Part shown: in pieces, positions 62,183 to 64,000 of the stretch
Layout of the letters: every line of letters starts with the position of its first letter
How positions within the stretch are numbered: the first letter of the stretch is position 1
Source: Leucoraja erinacea
Lineage: Eukaryota
Assembly: GCF_028641065.1 (NCBI RefSeq)
Contig: NC_073404.1
Coordinates: 31,434,001 to 31,498,000 of the forward strand
Reading direction: 5' to 3'
DNA: 64,000 nucleotides
Notes under the pieces: model-generated
Database searches by the model: none
What the model saw: the letters and a program-made list of their open reading frames with translations, nothing else
What the model was told of the DNA's origin: nothing
Position numbers and translations under genes: made by a program

Positions 62183-62981
62183 GAAGAAGGGTCTCGACTC
62201 GAAACGCCATCTATCCATGTTCTCCACAGATGCTGCCTGACCCGCTGAGTTACTCCAGCACTCTGTAAAACGTCACCTATCCATGTTCTCCACAGATGCT
62301 GCCTGACCCACTGAGTTACTCCAGCACTCTGTGAAACGTCACCTATCCATGTTCTCCACAGATGCTGCCTGACCCGCTGAGTTACTCCAGCACTCTGTAA
62401 AACGTCACCTATCCATGTTCTCCACAGATGCTGCCTGACCCACTGAGTTACTCCAGCACTCTGTGAAACGTCACCTATCCATGTTCTCCACAGATGCTGC
62501 CTGACCCACTGAGTTATTCCAGCACTCTGTGAAACGTCACCTATCCATGTTCTCCACAGATGCTGCCTGACCCGCTGAGTTATGGTGCAGCAGCATCTAT
62601 GGAGCTAAGGAAATAGGCAACTTTTCGGGCCGAAATCCTTCTGGAAATAGGCAACGTTTCGGGCCGAAACGTTGCCTATTTCCTTAGCTACATAGATGCT
62701 GCCTGACCCGCTGAGTTACTCCAGCACTCTGTGAAACATCACCTATCCATTGTACACTGACAATGACAATTAAAATTGAATCTGAATCTGAATCTGAATC
62801 TATCCATGTTCTCCACAGATACTGCCTGACCCGCTGAGTTACTCCAGCACTCTGTGAAACGTCACCTATCCATGTTCTCCACAGATGCTGCCTGACTAAC
62901 TGAGTTACTCCAGCACTCTGTAAAACGTCACCTATCCATGTTCTCCACAGATGCTGCCTGACCTGCTGAGTTACTCCAGCA
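62183..62981 (+). repeat. 66-bp tandem array derived from the Penelope terminal repeat (~10 units, two interruptions)
   Basis: Unit GTGAAACGTCACCTATCCATGTTCTCCACAGATGCTGCCTGACCCGCTGAGTTACTCCAGCACTCT starts at 62265, 62331, 62397, 62463 and 62529, among others. Confidence 0.92.
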
Positions 62982-63059
62982 ATTTGTGACTTATTTTTTA
63001 ACCTTTTCTTAAACAAGTCAACCAAACCCGTGCGTCTATACTTGTGCCACCAACAAAGT

Positions 63060-63930
63060 AGACTTGTGAATCTCTGGAATTCATTACCACAGATGGCTGT
63101 GGAGGCCAAGTCACTGGGAATTTATATAACTGGAGATAGATTGGTTCTTCATCGGTATGGGTGTCAAAGGTTACGGGGAATGGGGTTGAGAAGGGAAAAT
63201 AGATCAGCCATGATCGAATCTTGGAGCAGCTCGCTGGGCTGAAATGGCCTAATTCGGCTCCTATGTCTTATGATCGTATGATCTTAATCTATAGAGAATC
63301 CTACTAGAGAGAACGCAACTCTGGACCTCCTGTTGGGGAATGAGGTTGAATAAGTGGGCACTTTGGGACCAGTGACCACAATACTATTGGTTTTAAAACA
63401 GAAAGACATGACTGTTGATGTTCTAACATGGGCAAGGCCAATTTTGGAATCATTAAACAAGAATGTGCATAGGTCAACTGTGTGAAAGACATCATTAAAC
63501 TGGAAAGAGTGCAAAGAAGATTTATGAGGATGTTGATAAGACTCGAGAAATTGAATTATAGGGAGAGGTTGGGCAGGCTAGGAGTGCAGGAGGCTGAGGG
63601 GTGATCGTATAGAGGTGTATAAAATCATAAGGGACATAGATAGGGTCTTCTTGCCAAGGAAGGGGAATAAAGAAGCAGAGAGCATAGGTTCAATGTGAGA
63701 GGGGAAAGATTTAACAAGAACCTGAGGGGGAACTTCATTACACAGAGTGTGGTGGCTATGTGGAACAAGCTGCCAGATATGGTAGTTGAGGCAAGTACAA
63801 TAACAACATTTAGCAGACATTTGGACAGGTAAATGGATAAGAAAGGGATATAGGCAAAATCAGGCAAATAGATAGGCACTATGGTTATCATGGATGTGTT
63901 GGGCCAAAGGTCTGTTTCCCTGCTGTATTA
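63060..63930 (+). mobile_element. CR1-type LINE fragments
   Basis: AAAGACATCATTAAACTGGAAAGAGTGCAAAGAAGATTTATGAGGATG...GAGGCTGAGGGGTGATC..ATAGAGGTGTATAAAATC is the CR1 ORF2 C-terminus. Confidence 0.8.
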
Positions 63931-64000
63931 GGTCATGTCATAAGGAATAGGCCATTCGACCCATCAAGTCTACTCCGCCATTCAATCATGGCTGATCCAT

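Overview
Vertebrate genomic DNA. The repeat content (HE1-like V-SINEs, CR1/HER1-type LINEs, Penelope-like elements) points to a cartilaginous fish, probably a skate or ray; the taxon is inferred. The window holds one complete protein-coding gene, NUFIP2, on the minus strand. It has 4 coding exons (53454-53625, 38898-40610, 28563-28595, 27701-27753; 1971 nt, 656 aa, all introns phase 1, GT-AG), a CpG-island promoter rich in NRF1/YY1-like sites, and an inferred ~7.3 kb 3' UTR with no recognisable transposon copies. The rest is dense mobile and tandem DNA: CR1, L2 and Rex/Babar LINE fragments, Penelope-like (GIY-YIG) retroelements, tRNA-derived V-SINEs, a DeuSINE relic, PIF/Harbinger-type MITEs and several minisatellites. 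The most interesting non-genic signal is a very abundant ~100-130 nt repeat derived from the Penelope terminus. It starts with a minimal hammerhead-ribozyme-like core (CTGAAGA-A-stem II-GAAAC-GTC), inserts on its own with 11-14 bp target duplications, and also forms fold-back palindromes and 66-bp head-to-tail arrays. All calls were made by eye; no searches or folding programs were run.
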